Part shown: in pieces, positions 1 through 9,642 of the stretch
Position numbering within the stretch: the first letter of the stretch is position 1
How the letters are laid out: each line of letters opens with the position of its first letter
Assembly: GCA_036918135.1 (NCBI GenBank)
Contig: JBALDB010000062.1
Coordinates: forward strand, 1 to 64,000
Origin: Nostoc sp.
GTDB lineage: Bacteria > Cyanobacteriota > Cyanobacteriia > Cyanobacteriales > Nostocaceae
Direction: 5' to 3'
Length of the DNA stretch: 64,000 nucleotides
The notes under the pieces: generated by a model
The model's input: only the letters and a program-made list of their open reading frames with translations
What the model was told of the DNA's origin: nothing
The model's database searches: none
Made by a program: the position numbers and the translations under genes

Positions 1-242
1 GTTCAGAACTCGGCGGTTCGTGTTCAGAACTCGGCAGTTCTTGTTCAAAACTCAACAGTTCGCGTTCGGAACTCGACAGTTTGTGTTCGGAACTTGGCAG
101 TTCGTGTTCGGAACTCGACAGTTCTTGTTTAGAACTCGGCGGTTCGTGTTCAGAACTCGGCGGTTCGTGTTCAGAACTCGGCAGTTCTTGTTCAAAACTC
201 AACAGTTCGCGTTCGGAACTCGACAGTTTGTGTTCGGAACTT
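1..242. repeat. 21-bp tandem repeat array (consensus GTTCRGAACTCGRCAGTTCGT), at least 11.5 units, runs off the window edge
   Basis: Units start at 1, 22, 43, 64, 85, 106, 127, 148, 169, 190, 211 and 232. Units 1-4 are identical to units 8-11 (147-bp higher-order period). No spacers. Confidence 0.95.
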
Positions 243-445
243 AGATACAGCAGTTGCCAGGTAGATTAGGACATAATGACAAGCGTGAATTTCAGGAATA
301 AGTAAGGTTTTTACCTCCTGCCTTCTATTTCCTGCCTCCTACCTCCTGCTATTTTTGTAACAAAATCTGTAACAGCAACAGAATTTGAGCTAATACTCGT
401 CTAAATTGGGGAGAAATCTCCGGGTAATCCCTGAATTAATAGATA

Positions 446-1312
446 ATGTTGCTCAAAGATATACGAGACTATCAAATTCTGTTTTTGGGCTTGTTCTTAG
501 TCTTGGGAATCGGTACGCGAGACTGGACACTGCGACCAGAGTTGATTGCAGTAGCAATAGCCACTTCTCTAGCAACTCAATTGATATTGTCATTAGTCAT
601 TAGTCATTGGTCATTTGCAAACAACACAGGACAAAACCCAAATCTTCGCAGCGCCCTAATTACCTCTTTGGGACTAAGCCTATTGTTGCGGGCTGACCAT
701 TGGACAACAATGGTAATCGCCGCAGCAAGTGCGATCGCCAGCAAATTTATCTTTCGAGTCGGCGATAAGCATTTCTTTAATCCGGGCAATTTTGGCATCA
801 TTTGCGCCTTGATTCTCACCCGCGACGCTTGGGTTTCACCAGGACAGTGGGGTGAAGAGTGGTGGTATGGGCTAGTATTTGCCGGTACTGGCGGTATGGT
901 TTTGCAACGAATTGGTCGCTGGGACACCACAGCAGCTTTTTTGGGTGCGTATTCCCTCCTAGAGGCGATTCGCAATCTCTGGCTGGGTTGGACTTGGGAT
1001 GTTTACTGGCACCGATTAATGAGCGGCTCATTGCTGCTATTCGCTCTATTTATGATTACCGATCCGCGATCGATTCCCAATTCCCGAATTGCGCGTGTAG
1101 TTTGGGCAATCTGCATCGCTGGATTAACTTTTATCTTGCGGAATTATTTCTTTATTTCCACGGCAGTTTTCTGGGCACTGTTTATCCTTGCACCAGTGAC
1201 CATTTTGCTAGATGTGCTTTGGTTAGCCCCAAGGTTTTCTTGGCAAACAGGGGATGAGGGGGATGAAGGAGATGAAGGGGATGGAGAGAGAATTTTACCC
1301 CACTATTCCTAA
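446..1312 (+). CDS. RnfD/NqrB-family integral membrane protein
   Basis: Multi-TM protein with KHFFNPGNFG and LFALFMITDPRSIP motifs typical of RnfD/NqrB. Confidence 0.8.
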   Translation: MLLKDIRDYQILFLGLFLVLGIGTRDWTLRPELIAVAIATSLATQLILSLVISHWSFANNTGQNPNLRSALITSLGLSLLLRADHWTTMVIAAASAIASKFIFRVGDKHFFNPGNFGIICALILTRDAWVSPGQWGEEWWYGLVFAGTGGMVLQRIGRWDTTAAFLGAYSLLEAIRNLWLGWTWDVYWHRLMSGSLLLFALFMITDPRSIPNSRIARVVWAICIAGLTFILRNYFFISTAVFWALFILAPVTILLDVLWLAPRFSWQTGDEGDEGDEGDGERILPHYS

Positions 1313-1376
1313 CTCTTAAATCTTGTACAGACAAGGGTTAATCGCGTCTCTTAACTTAAAAATACAGAGGTATAAA

Positions 1377-2756
1377 ATGAAATTTTTTCGACTTGTGACG
1401 CCATTATTATTGGCAATTGTAGTTGTTTTGTGTTTTGCACCCGCAGCTTGGGCATTTTGTGGATTTTATGTAGCCAAAGCCGATACAAAATTGTATAACA
1501 AAGCTTCTCAGGTGGCGATCGCGCGGGATGGCGATCGTACTGTCCTAACGATGGCAAACGATTTTCAAGGCGAAGTCAAAGATTTTGCGATCGTGGTGCC
1601 TGTGCCAACGGTACTGCAAAAAGAGCAAGTCCGCGTGGCTGAACCCAAAATTATCGAACGTTTGGATGCTTTTAGTGCGCCACGATTAGTAGAATATTTT
1701 GACTCAGATCCTTGTGCCCCAGCTTACGAATACGATCGACCACTAGCAGCACCAGCACCAGCAGGAAGCAATGAGTCAGGACGTGCTAGAAGAGGTGATG
1801 CTAGTTTGGGTGTCACAGTGGAAGCGCGTTTCAACGTCGGTGAATACGACATCGTAATTCTCAGTGCTAAAGAATCTGGCGGATTGGAAACTTGGCTGCA
1901 ACGCAATGGCTACAAAATTCCTAGAGGGGCGAAACAGTTACTTAAACCCTACGTCCGCTCATCAATGAAATTCTTTGTTGCCAAAATCAACTTAGATAAA
2001 TTCGAGAAATCTGGCTACCAGTTCCTTCGTCCGCTACAAATTTCTTACCAATCACCTAGATTCATGCTGCCAATTCGTTTGGGCACAATCAATGCCACAA
2101 CAGAGCAGGATTTAATTGTTTACATCCTCTCGCCTGAAGGACAGGCAGAAATCACTAATTACCGTACAGTAAAAATTCCCTCTGATGCCAACATTCCCTT
2201 ATTTGTCAAAGATGAATTTGATGAATTTTACAAATCTATGTTTCAAACTGCCTACACCAAAGAAGACAAGAAAGTTGGTTTTTTGGAATACGCTTGGGAC
2301 ATGAGTAATTGCGATCCCTGTTCTGCCGATCCCCTAACCTCAGAGGAACTCAAGGAAGCAGGCGTATTTTGGCTAGATGATAATTCTGCAAGTAATGTCC
2401 CAGTACCCCCAAACTTTCGTCGTCCTGTTCCTAGAAGTAATGTCTTCATCTCCCGCTTGCATGTCCGTTACACCCGCGATAAATTCCCCGAAGACCTGAT
2501 ATTCCAACAAACTGGTAATCGTGATTCCTTCCAAGGACGTTATGTTTTGCAACATCCCTTCCAAGGAGAACTCAAGTGTCAGGCGGGTAGAGAATATAAG
2601 CGTTCTTTACCCAAGCGTTTTGAACAAGAAGCCCAAACTCTAGCTAAACTAACTAACTGGAATATCCAAGAGATCCGCGACAAAATGAAGCTGAGTGTAA
2701 GTAATCTGAGATTTTCTTGGTGGGAAAATTTCCTATCTTGGGTGGGATTGTATTGA
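1377..2756 (+). CDS. DUF2330 domain exported protein
   Basis: Signal peptide ending AWA-FCGFYV; FAIVVPVP, LETWLQRNGY and PLQISY motifs; ATG at 1377 preceded by AGAGG. Confidence 0.8.
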   Translation: MKFFRLVTPLLLAIVVVLCFAPAAWAFCGFYVAKADTKLYNKASQVAIARDGDRTVLTMANDFQGEVKDFAIVVPVPTVLQKEQVRVAEPKIIERLDAFSAPRLVEYFDSDPCAPAYEYDRPLAAPAPAGSNESGRARRGDASLGVTVEARFNVGEYDIVILSAKESGGLETWLQRNGYKIPRGAKQLLKPYVRSSMKFFVAKINLDKFEKSGYQFLRPLQISYQSPRFMLPIRLGTINATTEQDLIVYILSPEGQAEITNYRTVKIPSDANIPLFVKDEFDEFYKSMFQTAYTKEDKKVGFLEYAWDMSNCDPCSADPLTSEELKEAGVFWLDDNSASNVPVPPNFRRPVPRSNVFISRLHVRYTRDKFPEDLIFQQTGNRDSFQGRYVLQHPFQGELKCQAGREYKRSLPKRFEQEAQTLAKLTNWNIQEIRDKMKLSVSNLRFSWWENFLSWVGLY

Positions 2757-2920
2757 GGAAAGGTAGAAAGAATAATAACTCCTCAGTCAATAGTCAACAG
2801 TCAACAGTTAACAGTTAACACTCCCAAAGCCCCATGCTCCATCTCTTGACGAAAGGTAATTTTCTAAAGTGTTGTTATACGCAATACTAAGATATTCTTG
2901 CTTTGTTCCTCAAGATTGTC

Positions 2921-3571
2921 ATGGTTCAATTAGATGAACAGCTACGCCGCTTAGTTACTGAAGCCTGTGGATACCCACCTGGAAGCCCTCAGCGTCAGAA
3001 GCTGCTCACGCAAATTATTCGTTTGACAGCAAGTAGACTCTGGAGAGATAGTACTCCCTATTATCAAGACGCACTACAACAAACTTGGTTGTATTTCTGC
3101 CGTAATGTTTGTGAAGGTTTGACAGGTCAAATATATGACCCCGCTTATGGTACTGTGATCACCTGGCTGAATGCTTACCTAAAACGCAGGCTACAAGACT
3201 TTTACCTTAACCAAAACCGAGAACAAGCTATAACTGTCCCTCTTAGGGTTCGTCAGTCCACATCTGGTGGAACAACTGAAACTATCGATCCTGTAGATAA
3301 CCTCCCGGCTAACCCGGAAGCACCTCCAATTCTGGAAGACTTGGAGAGTTGGGTCAGGACGGACTCTGATGGAGAACTCCACAGTACCTGCATCAAAGGG
3401 CGTTCAGACGTGAATTGTCAGGTGTTAATTCTCAAACGCCTACCCCCAGAAGTTAGCTGGAGAGAGTTGTCTGAGGAATTTGGGCTGTCAATTCCGACTT
3501 TGAGCAGTTTTTATCAGCGCCAATGTCTACCGCGTTTGCGTAAATTTGCCCAATCGGAGGGCTTGTTATGA
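2921..3571 (+). CDS. sigma-70-like (ECF-type) factor of the cyanobacterial family usually linked to DUF1822/CHAT genes
   Basis: YQDALQQTWLYF, ITWLNAYLKRRLQD and C-terminal HTH SWRELSEEFGLSIPTLSSFYQRQC. Confidence 0.75.
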   Translation: MVQLDEQLRRLVTEACGYPPGSPQRQKLLTQIIRLTASRLWRDSTPYYQDALQQTWLYFCRNVCEGLTGQIYDPAYGTVITWLNAYLKRRLQDFYLNQNREQAITVPLRVRQSTSGGTTETIDPVDNLPANPEAPPILEDLESWVRTDSDGELHSTCIKGRSDVNCQVLILKRLPPEVSWRELSEEFGLSIPTLSSFYQRQCLPRLRKFAQSEGLL

Positions 3572-3620
3572 ATAAACAACAGGAGGTGTTAGTCTGCTAA
3601 CGATCCCAAATTTAAAGAAA

Positions 3621-3650
3621 CTGGCGTGAAAACCATGCCAGTCTTTTTTA
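3621..3650 (+). terminator. probable intrinsic terminator after the sigma-like gene
   Basis: CTGGCGTG-AAAAC-CATGCCAG stem followed by TCTTTTTT. Confidence 0.6.
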
Positions 3651-3652
3651 TC

Positions 3653-3830
3653 AGGGAACTCCAAGAAATAAAAACAACCATTTGAAGTTGCTGACTGATG
3701 AGAGCCAGTTGCTACCGTACGGGTTTTGCGTTAGCGGTACAAGTCGGCAGAGCCGCAAGAGCGTACTCGCTCCTGTTGACTGTTGAGTGTTAAGTATGAG
3801 CAGGGGATATTTTTTTATTTGTCAGTCCCT
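3653..3830. mobile_element. MITE/REP-like element with imperfect terminal inverted repeats and a nested small repeat
   Basis: AGGGAACTCCAAGAAATAAAAA ... TTTTTTATTTGTCAGTCCCT. A similar left end recurs at about 7056-7092. Confidence 0.5.
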
Positions 3831-4374
3831 AAAATAGAATACATCTGTCAGCTACGAGAAAAAGAAATTAAATTCTGTGTCAGTGGCGAATGAATAAACG
3901 GTAACTCACAAAAGATACCTAAGTTATATATACGATTCCTATTTTATTTGTGAAAATTGAAAAGCTCATACCCAGGACTTGTTTGAAAAGTCCCGGATTT
4001 TGTTGTTCAGGAATGATTTAAGACTAATATAAATTTACATAATTATTATCAATAATTATACTCTTGATTGATGACAAAAATTTTATTTTATGTATTTGAT
4101 TGAAGTTAAGAAAAGGCTGCTTGGACAACTAAACTGAGAAAGCTTAGTAGTCTGAAAACAAACTAGTGACATGACAATTGAGTAGGTGAAAAACTTCACT
4201 AAAACCAAGACTTAGACAAAAATCGCTCAAAAAGAATAAAACTATTACCAAGGCCTGATAAATAAGATTGTAAAAGCTTAGGAATAGGTAATGAATGCAA
4301 ATGGTAACATTACTGTGGTAGCCCAAGCACTTACAGTTAATCTTCTAGTTCATATTTATTACCTACCTTTTGCC

Positions 4375-7056
4375 ATGCCCGTGATTAAAAAAACTAGGAT
4401 TTTTGGCGCAAATTTTCTAAAAGTTCAAAAGCAAAAAGCAATACATTTGTCTTTCTACTTGCTAATGGGTTTGTTATGTATTCTCACTTCACCTGTACTG
4501 GCAAAAGTTCCTAGCTCAATTAATTCCTCAATCCAACTGCCAATTAACAGTACTACGTCACCAATTGTAGTTACTGATGCCGCTTCTCTAGTAAAGCAGG
4601 GTAAATTTTTATACGATGCTGGAAACTTTGCCCAAGCAGTAGAAGTATTGCAACAAGCTATCGAGGCATATCGGCAGCAAAAAGATAGTCTGGAATTAGC
4701 GGCGATATTGAGTAATCTTTCTCTGACTTATCAACAGCTCGGTGAGTGGAGTCAGGCGCAGCAGGCAATTACAGAAAGCTTAAATTTGCTCAAAGGAGAG
4801 GATAAAAAAAATCTGCAAATATTGGCGCAATCGCTGAATATTCAAGGTAGTCTGCAACTATCAATCGGACAGGCTGAGGCAGCTTTAGCAACTTGGGAGA
4901 AGACGGAAGCAGTTTATAAACAAATACACGATCGAAATGGTGTAGTGCGATCGCTGATCAATCAAGCACAAGCGTGGCAAGCCCAAGGATTTTACCCTCG
5001 TGCAATCAAAACACTCGAGAAAGTTGGTCAGACGTTAAAATCTCAAGGAGATTCTAAAGAAAAGACAATGAGTTTGCGATCGCTTGGTGATGCGCTTTTG
5101 GTAGTGGGCAATTTAAAAGAGTCACACCAAGTCTTAGAAGAAAGTTTGAGAATTGCTCGAAACATGCAATCAAGCGCAGATATTGCCGCAAGTCTGTTCA
5201 GCTTGGGGAATAATGCTCGTAAACAACAAGATAAGACAAATGCGATCGCTTACTATCAACAAACAGTTGCAACTTCTACCTCACCTTTAACAAAAGTCCA
5301 AGCGCAACTCAATCTCTTGAGCTTACTTATCGAAGACAAACAATGGGCAGAGGTTCAAACTCTTTTACCATCGATTGAACCTCAACTCGACCAACTCCCC
5401 TTCAGCCGTGCTAGTATCTATGCTCGGATCAACTATGCACAAAACTTAGCAAAAGTCCAGAAAAATAATTCCCAAATATCAACTATAAATTCTTCTTCCC
5501 CACTCAACACTAAACACTCAGCAGTATTACTCGCCAATGCTATCGAGCAATCCCACACCTTAGGCGACAAGCGAGCAGAAGCCTATGCCTTTAAAAGTTT
5601 AGGTAGTTTGTACGAAGAAAGCGGACGGTGGTCGGAGGCACAAAGCCTAACTCTGCAAGGATTAGCTTTGGCACAGAGTAGCAATGCACCAGAAATTACG
5701 TATACATTAGAGTGGCAGTTAGGTAGATTACTGCGGGCAAAAAAAGATATTAATGGTGCGATCGCCGCTTATGATGCAGCTGTAGAAACCCTCCAGCCTC
5801 TGCGTAAAGATTTAATAGTAAATAACGACATAGTTAATCAAGATGTACAATTCAACTTTCGGGACAGCGTGGAACCCGTTTACCGAGAGTCAGTAGAATT
5901 ATTGCTGCAATCTCAACAAGGAAAAGCAGATGAGAAAATATTGGACAAAGCACGCGAGCGAATCGAAGCACTCCAACTAGCAGAATTGGATGACTTCTTC
6001 CGCGAAGCTTGTCTACAAGGTCAAAGAGTAGTCCTAGATAAAGTGGTAGAGCGAGATAATGCTAGCGCTGCCATTGTCTATCCAATTATTCTTCCGCAAG
6101 AACTCCAGGTAATTGTCAAAATTCCCAAACAACCCTTGCAAAATTACAGTACTAAGATTTCCCAACCAAAAGTAGAGGAACTCTTGGTAGAACTGCGAAA
6201 AAATCTTGTTAATCCCACTGCTACCAAAATTGTTGAAACCCAGTCACAAAAAGTTTATAACTGGCTACTCAAGCCCATTGAGTCACAATTACAACAAACT
6301 AAAGTCAATACTTTAGTATTTGTTCTCGATGGCGTATTACGTAATATACCAATGTCAGCTCTCTACGATGGCAACCAATACTTAGTAGAGAAATATGCAA
6401 TTGGTCTAAGTGTCGGTCTGCAACTCCTAGACCCGAAACCTTTGGTGAAACAGAAATTAGTAGCTCTCACCGCAGGATTGACTCAGCCCCCGCCTGGATT
6501 CAAGTTTCGTCCATTACTTGAGATCAAATCTGAATTTGACGGTATTAGCAAAGCAGGAGTTTCAACAACAAGTTTGCTGGATGGGGATTTTAAGAAAAAA
6601 AATTTAGAGAATGAAATTGCTGCTACTTCATTCAACATAGTACATTTGGCAACCCACGGTCAGTTTAGTTCTCGCCTTGAGGACACTTTTATTTTAGATT
6701 TTGATGGTCAGATTAACGTCAAAGATTTCGATACTCTCTTCCGCGGTCAAAGTAAAAGCATAGTAGAGCTATTAGTCTTGAGTGCTTGCCAGACAGCAAC
6801 AGGAGACAGCCGCGCTGCACTTGGTCTGGCAGGAGCAGCCGTTCGAGCCGGCGCACGCAGTACCATCGCCTCTCTGTGGCAAATTGATGATAAGTCAACG
6901 GCAATGTTTGTAAGTACTTTCTATAAAGAACTCAAAAGTGGCAAAATCACTAAAGCCGAAGCAGTCCACCGCGCCCAGTTAAAACTTCTGAAACATCCTA
7001 ACTACAACGCACCAAGCTTTTGGTCTTCCTATGTGTTGATTGGCAATTGGTTGTAA
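4375..7056 (+). CDS. TPR + CHAT (caspase/HetF-like) protease with N-terminal signal/TM segment
   Basis: TPR-like helices, VHLATHGQFS (His) and LLVLSACQTA (Cys) dyad, C-terminal FWSSYVLIGNWL. The ORF could start at 4291. Confidence 0.9.
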   Translation: MPVIKKTRIFGANFLKVQKQKAIHLSFYLLMGLLCILTSPVLAKVPSSINSSIQLPINSTTSPIVVTDAASLVKQGKFLYDAGNFAQAVEVLQQAIEAYRQQKDSLELAAILSNLSLTYQQLGEWSQAQQAITESLNLLKGEDKKNLQILAQSLNIQGSLQLSIGQAEAALATWEKTEAVYKQIHDRNGVVRSLINQAQAWQAQGFYPRAIKTLEKVGQTLKSQGDSKEKTMSLRSLGDALLVVGNLKESHQVLEESLRIARNMQSSADIAASLFSLGNNARKQQDKTNAIAYYQQTVATSTSPLTKVQAQLNLLSLLIEDKQWAEVQTLLPSIEPQLDQLPFSRASIYARINYAQNLAKVQKNNSQISTINSSSPLNTKHSAVLLANAIEQSHTLGDKRAEAYAFKSLGSLYEESGRWSEAQSLTLQGLALAQSSNAPEITYTLEWQLGRLLRAKKDINGAIAAYDAAVETLQPLRKDLIVNNDIVNQDVQFNFRDSVEPVYRESVELLLQSQQGKADEKILDKARERIEALQLAELDDFFREACLQGQRVVLDKVVERDNASAAIVYPIILPQELQVIVKIPKQPLQNYSTKISQPKVEELLVELRKNLVNPTATKIVETQSQKVYNWLLKPIESQLQQTKVNTLVFVLDGVLRNIPMSALYDGNQYLVEKYAIGLSVGLQLLDPKPLVKQKLVALTAGLTQPPPGFKFRPLLEIKSEFDGISKAGVSTTSLLDGDFKKKNLENEIAATSFNIVHLATHGQFSSRLEDTFILDFDGQINVKDFDTLFRGQSKSIVELLVLSACQTATGDSRAALGLAGAAVRAGARSTIASLWQIDDKSTAMFVSTFYKELKSGKITKAEAVHRAQLKLLKHPNYNAPSFWSSYVLIGNWL

Positions 7057-7227
7057 AGGAACTTCAAGAAATAAATTATTTCGTTTGAAGTTGATGAATA
7101 GTGACTAGATCCTCATGGAATGTACTGTCACTTGAGCAAAACGATCGCTTTGATTGCCGCAGATTAAACTAATTCTATGGATTGCCAAAAGCGATTATTA
7201 CTAACTCTTCGACAATCCAAAATGGTA

Positions 7228-7764
7228 TTATCTATGCACTACTACTAAGGTTCCTGTTGCAGCCCAGTTATAAAGATTACGAGCTTGCTTAACAGGTAAA
7301 TTCACGCAACCGTGGCTGACTGGAGTACCGAAACGATTATGCCAGTAAGCACCGTGGATAGCGTAGCCTCTGTAGAAATACATTGTGTAAGGAACGTCAG
7401 GAATATCGTAGCCCCTGCCTCGCATTCTGTGAGTGCGATACTTAGAGTTAATCCGAAATCTACCTATGGGTGTAGGGGTCGATCGCTTGCCTGTGGAAAT
7501 TCGGTATGAATAAATGAGTTTATTACTCTCCCATCCACGTAAGCGTTGTTCTGATAAGTCTATTTCAATCCAGCGAGGTTGGGATTGGCTGATACTAAAT
7601 ACAGTGATGCTTTTTTCAGCGAGCGATGTGGCTTTGGCTGTAGTAGAGTTAGGGGTACTTGCTAACGGCGGTGACCAAGAAAATAAAGTCGCCACCATCA
7701 ACGCCACACCTGTACAAAAAGTTTTTGAAGAACGAATTCCACCACTGCGAATCCAGGTTTGCAT
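7228..7764 (-). CDS. L,D-transpeptidase (YkuD family)
   Basis: [21 protein letters not shown]...SHGCVNL. Confidence 0.9.
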   Translation of the reverse strand: MQTWIRSGGIRSSKTFCTGVALMVATLFSWSPPLASTPNSTTAKATSLAEKSITVFSISQSQPRWIEIDLSEQRLRGWESNKLIYSYRISTGKRSTPTPIGRFRINSKYRTHRMRGRGYDIPDVPYTMYFYRGYAIHGAYWHNRFGTPVSHGCVNLPVKQARNLYNWAATGTLVVVHR

Positions 7765-7943
7765 TATCCCTCACCTTCTAAACTACGTAAAAATTATCAA
7801 GTGAAGTAATTTTCTAGAACACTACAAATTTCTAGAAAAACTTCTAGCTGACTGTAGAGGATTTACGCAATTTATCCGTTGATATTGCAGATTTGTCCTT
7901 TGTTATTTGTCATTTGTCCTTTGTCATTCAATAATGACTAATG

Positions 7944-7993
7944 CTTCTCTACGAGACGCTATGTGTAGCTTGCTTCCCCACAGGGGTACGCTC
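7944..7993 (+). repeat. small dispersed palindromic repeat (copy 1)
   Basis: CTTCTCTACGAGACGCTA..GTAGCTTGCTTCCCC..AGGGGTACGCTC. Near-identical copies at 22391-22440 and 57610-57656 (reverse). Confidence 0.85.
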
Positions 7994-8256
7994 AGTACAA
8001 GTGACCAATAACAACTTTTGCAAAAAAATCTGGAATTTGATTACGCCAATGCAAACTTTCCCCAAATTAATATTTGTATTGGCAATTTTACATAAAAATT
8101 GTCAGGATTTACGCTTATTCATTTTAGGCAAATCGTAGCATACTAAAATGAAATAGATAGTATTTTGGATACTTTTAGAATATATTTTCGAGCCAAAATT
8201 TCAAATCTATAGCCTACTTTATATTTTACTCGAAGTTGAGTAATTACGATTCCGAA

Positions 8257-8287
8257 GATTCCCAGCAATATTTTATGCTGGGAATCT
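8257..8287. terminator. hairpin downstream of the second L,D-transpeptidase
   Basis: GATTCCCAGCA-ATATTTTA-TGCTGGGAATC perfect stem. Confidence 0.6.
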
Positions 8288-8352
8288 CTCAATTATCTTG
8301 ATTTGTAGTTATTTATAACTTTGTCGAAATTGGGTTTTAGCTGGTTCACTTA

Positions 8353-8883
8353 TTATTTATGGATAACTACTGGTGTCCCTACTGATGCCCATTGGAATAG
8401 CCATTTAGCATGTTTAGGTGCAAGATTTATGCAGCCGTGGCTAACTGGAGTACCAAATTTCTTATGCCAGTAAGCTCCGTGAATCCCGTAGCTTCCTTGG
8501 TAAAACATTGCATAAGGAACGTTCGGAACGTCGTAATTTTCTCCCCGCATTCGTGTGGTTTTGAATTTGGATTGAATCTTAAAGGTACCAATCAGGGTAG
8601 GAGTAGATTTCTTACCAGAAGAAATGGCACTTCCATAAACAACTCTGTCACCTTCCCAAGCTATTAATCGTTGCTTGGAAAGATTGATTTGAATCCAGCG
8701 CTTCTCCGATTGTTGTAATGTCTGGATTGTTTGTGCAATCATTTGATTTTTAGAATTTGCCCAAACTTCACTCGTTCCAGTAGTAGTAAAAACACTTAAA
8801 GACAATGCTGTACCAACGAAGAGTATTTTTAAATGACGCACCCAGTCGGGATAAATCAGTCTTTTCATACTAGATACACTCAC
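8353..8883 (-). CDS. L,D-transpeptidase (YkuD family), paralog of 7228-7764
   Basis: IQINLSKQRL, ISSGK, HGAYWH...SHGCINL. Confidence 0.9.
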   Translation of the reverse strand: MSVSSMKRLIYPDWVRHLKILFVGTALSLSVFTTTGTSEVWANSKNQMIAQTIQTLQQSEKRWIQINLSKQRLIAWEGDRVVYGSAISSGKKSTPTLIGTFKIQSKFKTTRMRGENYDVPNVPYAMFYQGSYGIHGAYWHKKFGTPVSHGCINLAPKHAKWLFQWASVGTPVVIHK

Positions 8884-8977
8884 ACTCTAATTATTTGTCT
8901 TCGGAAAGTTATCGGTTTTCACCTTTTCCATATCTATTACTTTAATAGACATAAATTTTTAATGATTTGATTCTAAG

Positions 8978-9610
8978 TTAACTTAATTGTTGGATCAGCT
9001 TTTTTGCGCCTGATGCGATCGCCTGCCAATTTCCCTCACAAATAAGCTTTTTCGGAAATAATTCACTGCTCAAACCCACAGCGATCGCTCCTGCTTGTAA
9101 AAATTCTTTGGCATTTTCTAGGGTGACGCCGCCAGTAGGAATTAAGGGAATCTCCCCTAGCGGCCCCTGTAAACTTTTAATATAATCAGCCCCACCCACC
9201 GCTTGCACGGGAAATACTTTTACACAACTAGCACCTTGACTCCAGGCGGTAACAATTTCTGTGGGAGTCAGCGCTCCTGGAATAATGGGCACATGTTTTT
9301 CTTGTGCTGCTTGAATCATTGCGGCGTCAACATAGGGTGTGAAGAGAAATTGCGCTCCACAAGCGATCGCTTGTTGTAGCTGCTGCACATTGAACAGCGT
9401 ACCAGTGCCAATAGTACAGCCTGGTAATTCCGAACGTAATTGAGCGATTAATTCCCCGGCGCGATCGGTATTCCAGGTAATCTCAATTAGCTGCATTCCC
9501 CCAGATGCTACAGCCATCGCCATTTGTCGTCCCAATTCGATTTCAGGAGCGCGGATAACTGCGATCGCTCGATGTTTTTCTAACTGTGATAACCAAATTT
9601 GATTAGGCAT
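8978..9610 (-). CDS. eda: KDPG/KHG aldolase
   Basis: AIAVIR, IEIT, GTGT, PGALTPTEI, VKVFP and PTGGVT motifs. Confidence 0.9.
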   Translation of the reverse strand: MPNQIWLSQLEKHRAIAVIRAPEIELGRQMAMAVASGGMQLIEITWNTDRAGELIAQLRSELPGCTIGTGTLFNVQQLQQAIACGAQFLFTPYVDAAMIQAAQEKHVPIIPGALTPTEIVTAWSQGASCVKVFPVQAVGGADYIKSLQGPLGEIPLIPTGGVTLENAKEFLQAGAIAVGLSSELFPKKLICEGNWQAIASGAKKLIQQLS

Positions 9611-9642
9611 TTTGACGGGGATTGGGGAAGTTGGGACTGGGG

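Noticed and set aside
1..242. CRISPR array, or the real proteins 20..244 and 81..269
   Set aside because: The units are contiguous with no unique spacers, and the ORFs are by-products of a 21-bp repeat.
604..1257. Short overlapping ORFs in the track (for example 604..975, 859..1257, 25206..25694, 41595..41993)
   Set aside because: They are shadow ORFs overlapping well-supported genes and carry no recognisable motifs.
2921..7056. Type III-E Craspase locus
   Set aside because: There is no Cas7-11, csx30/csx31 or array nearby, and TPR-CHAT proteins are abundant in filamentous cyanobacteria.
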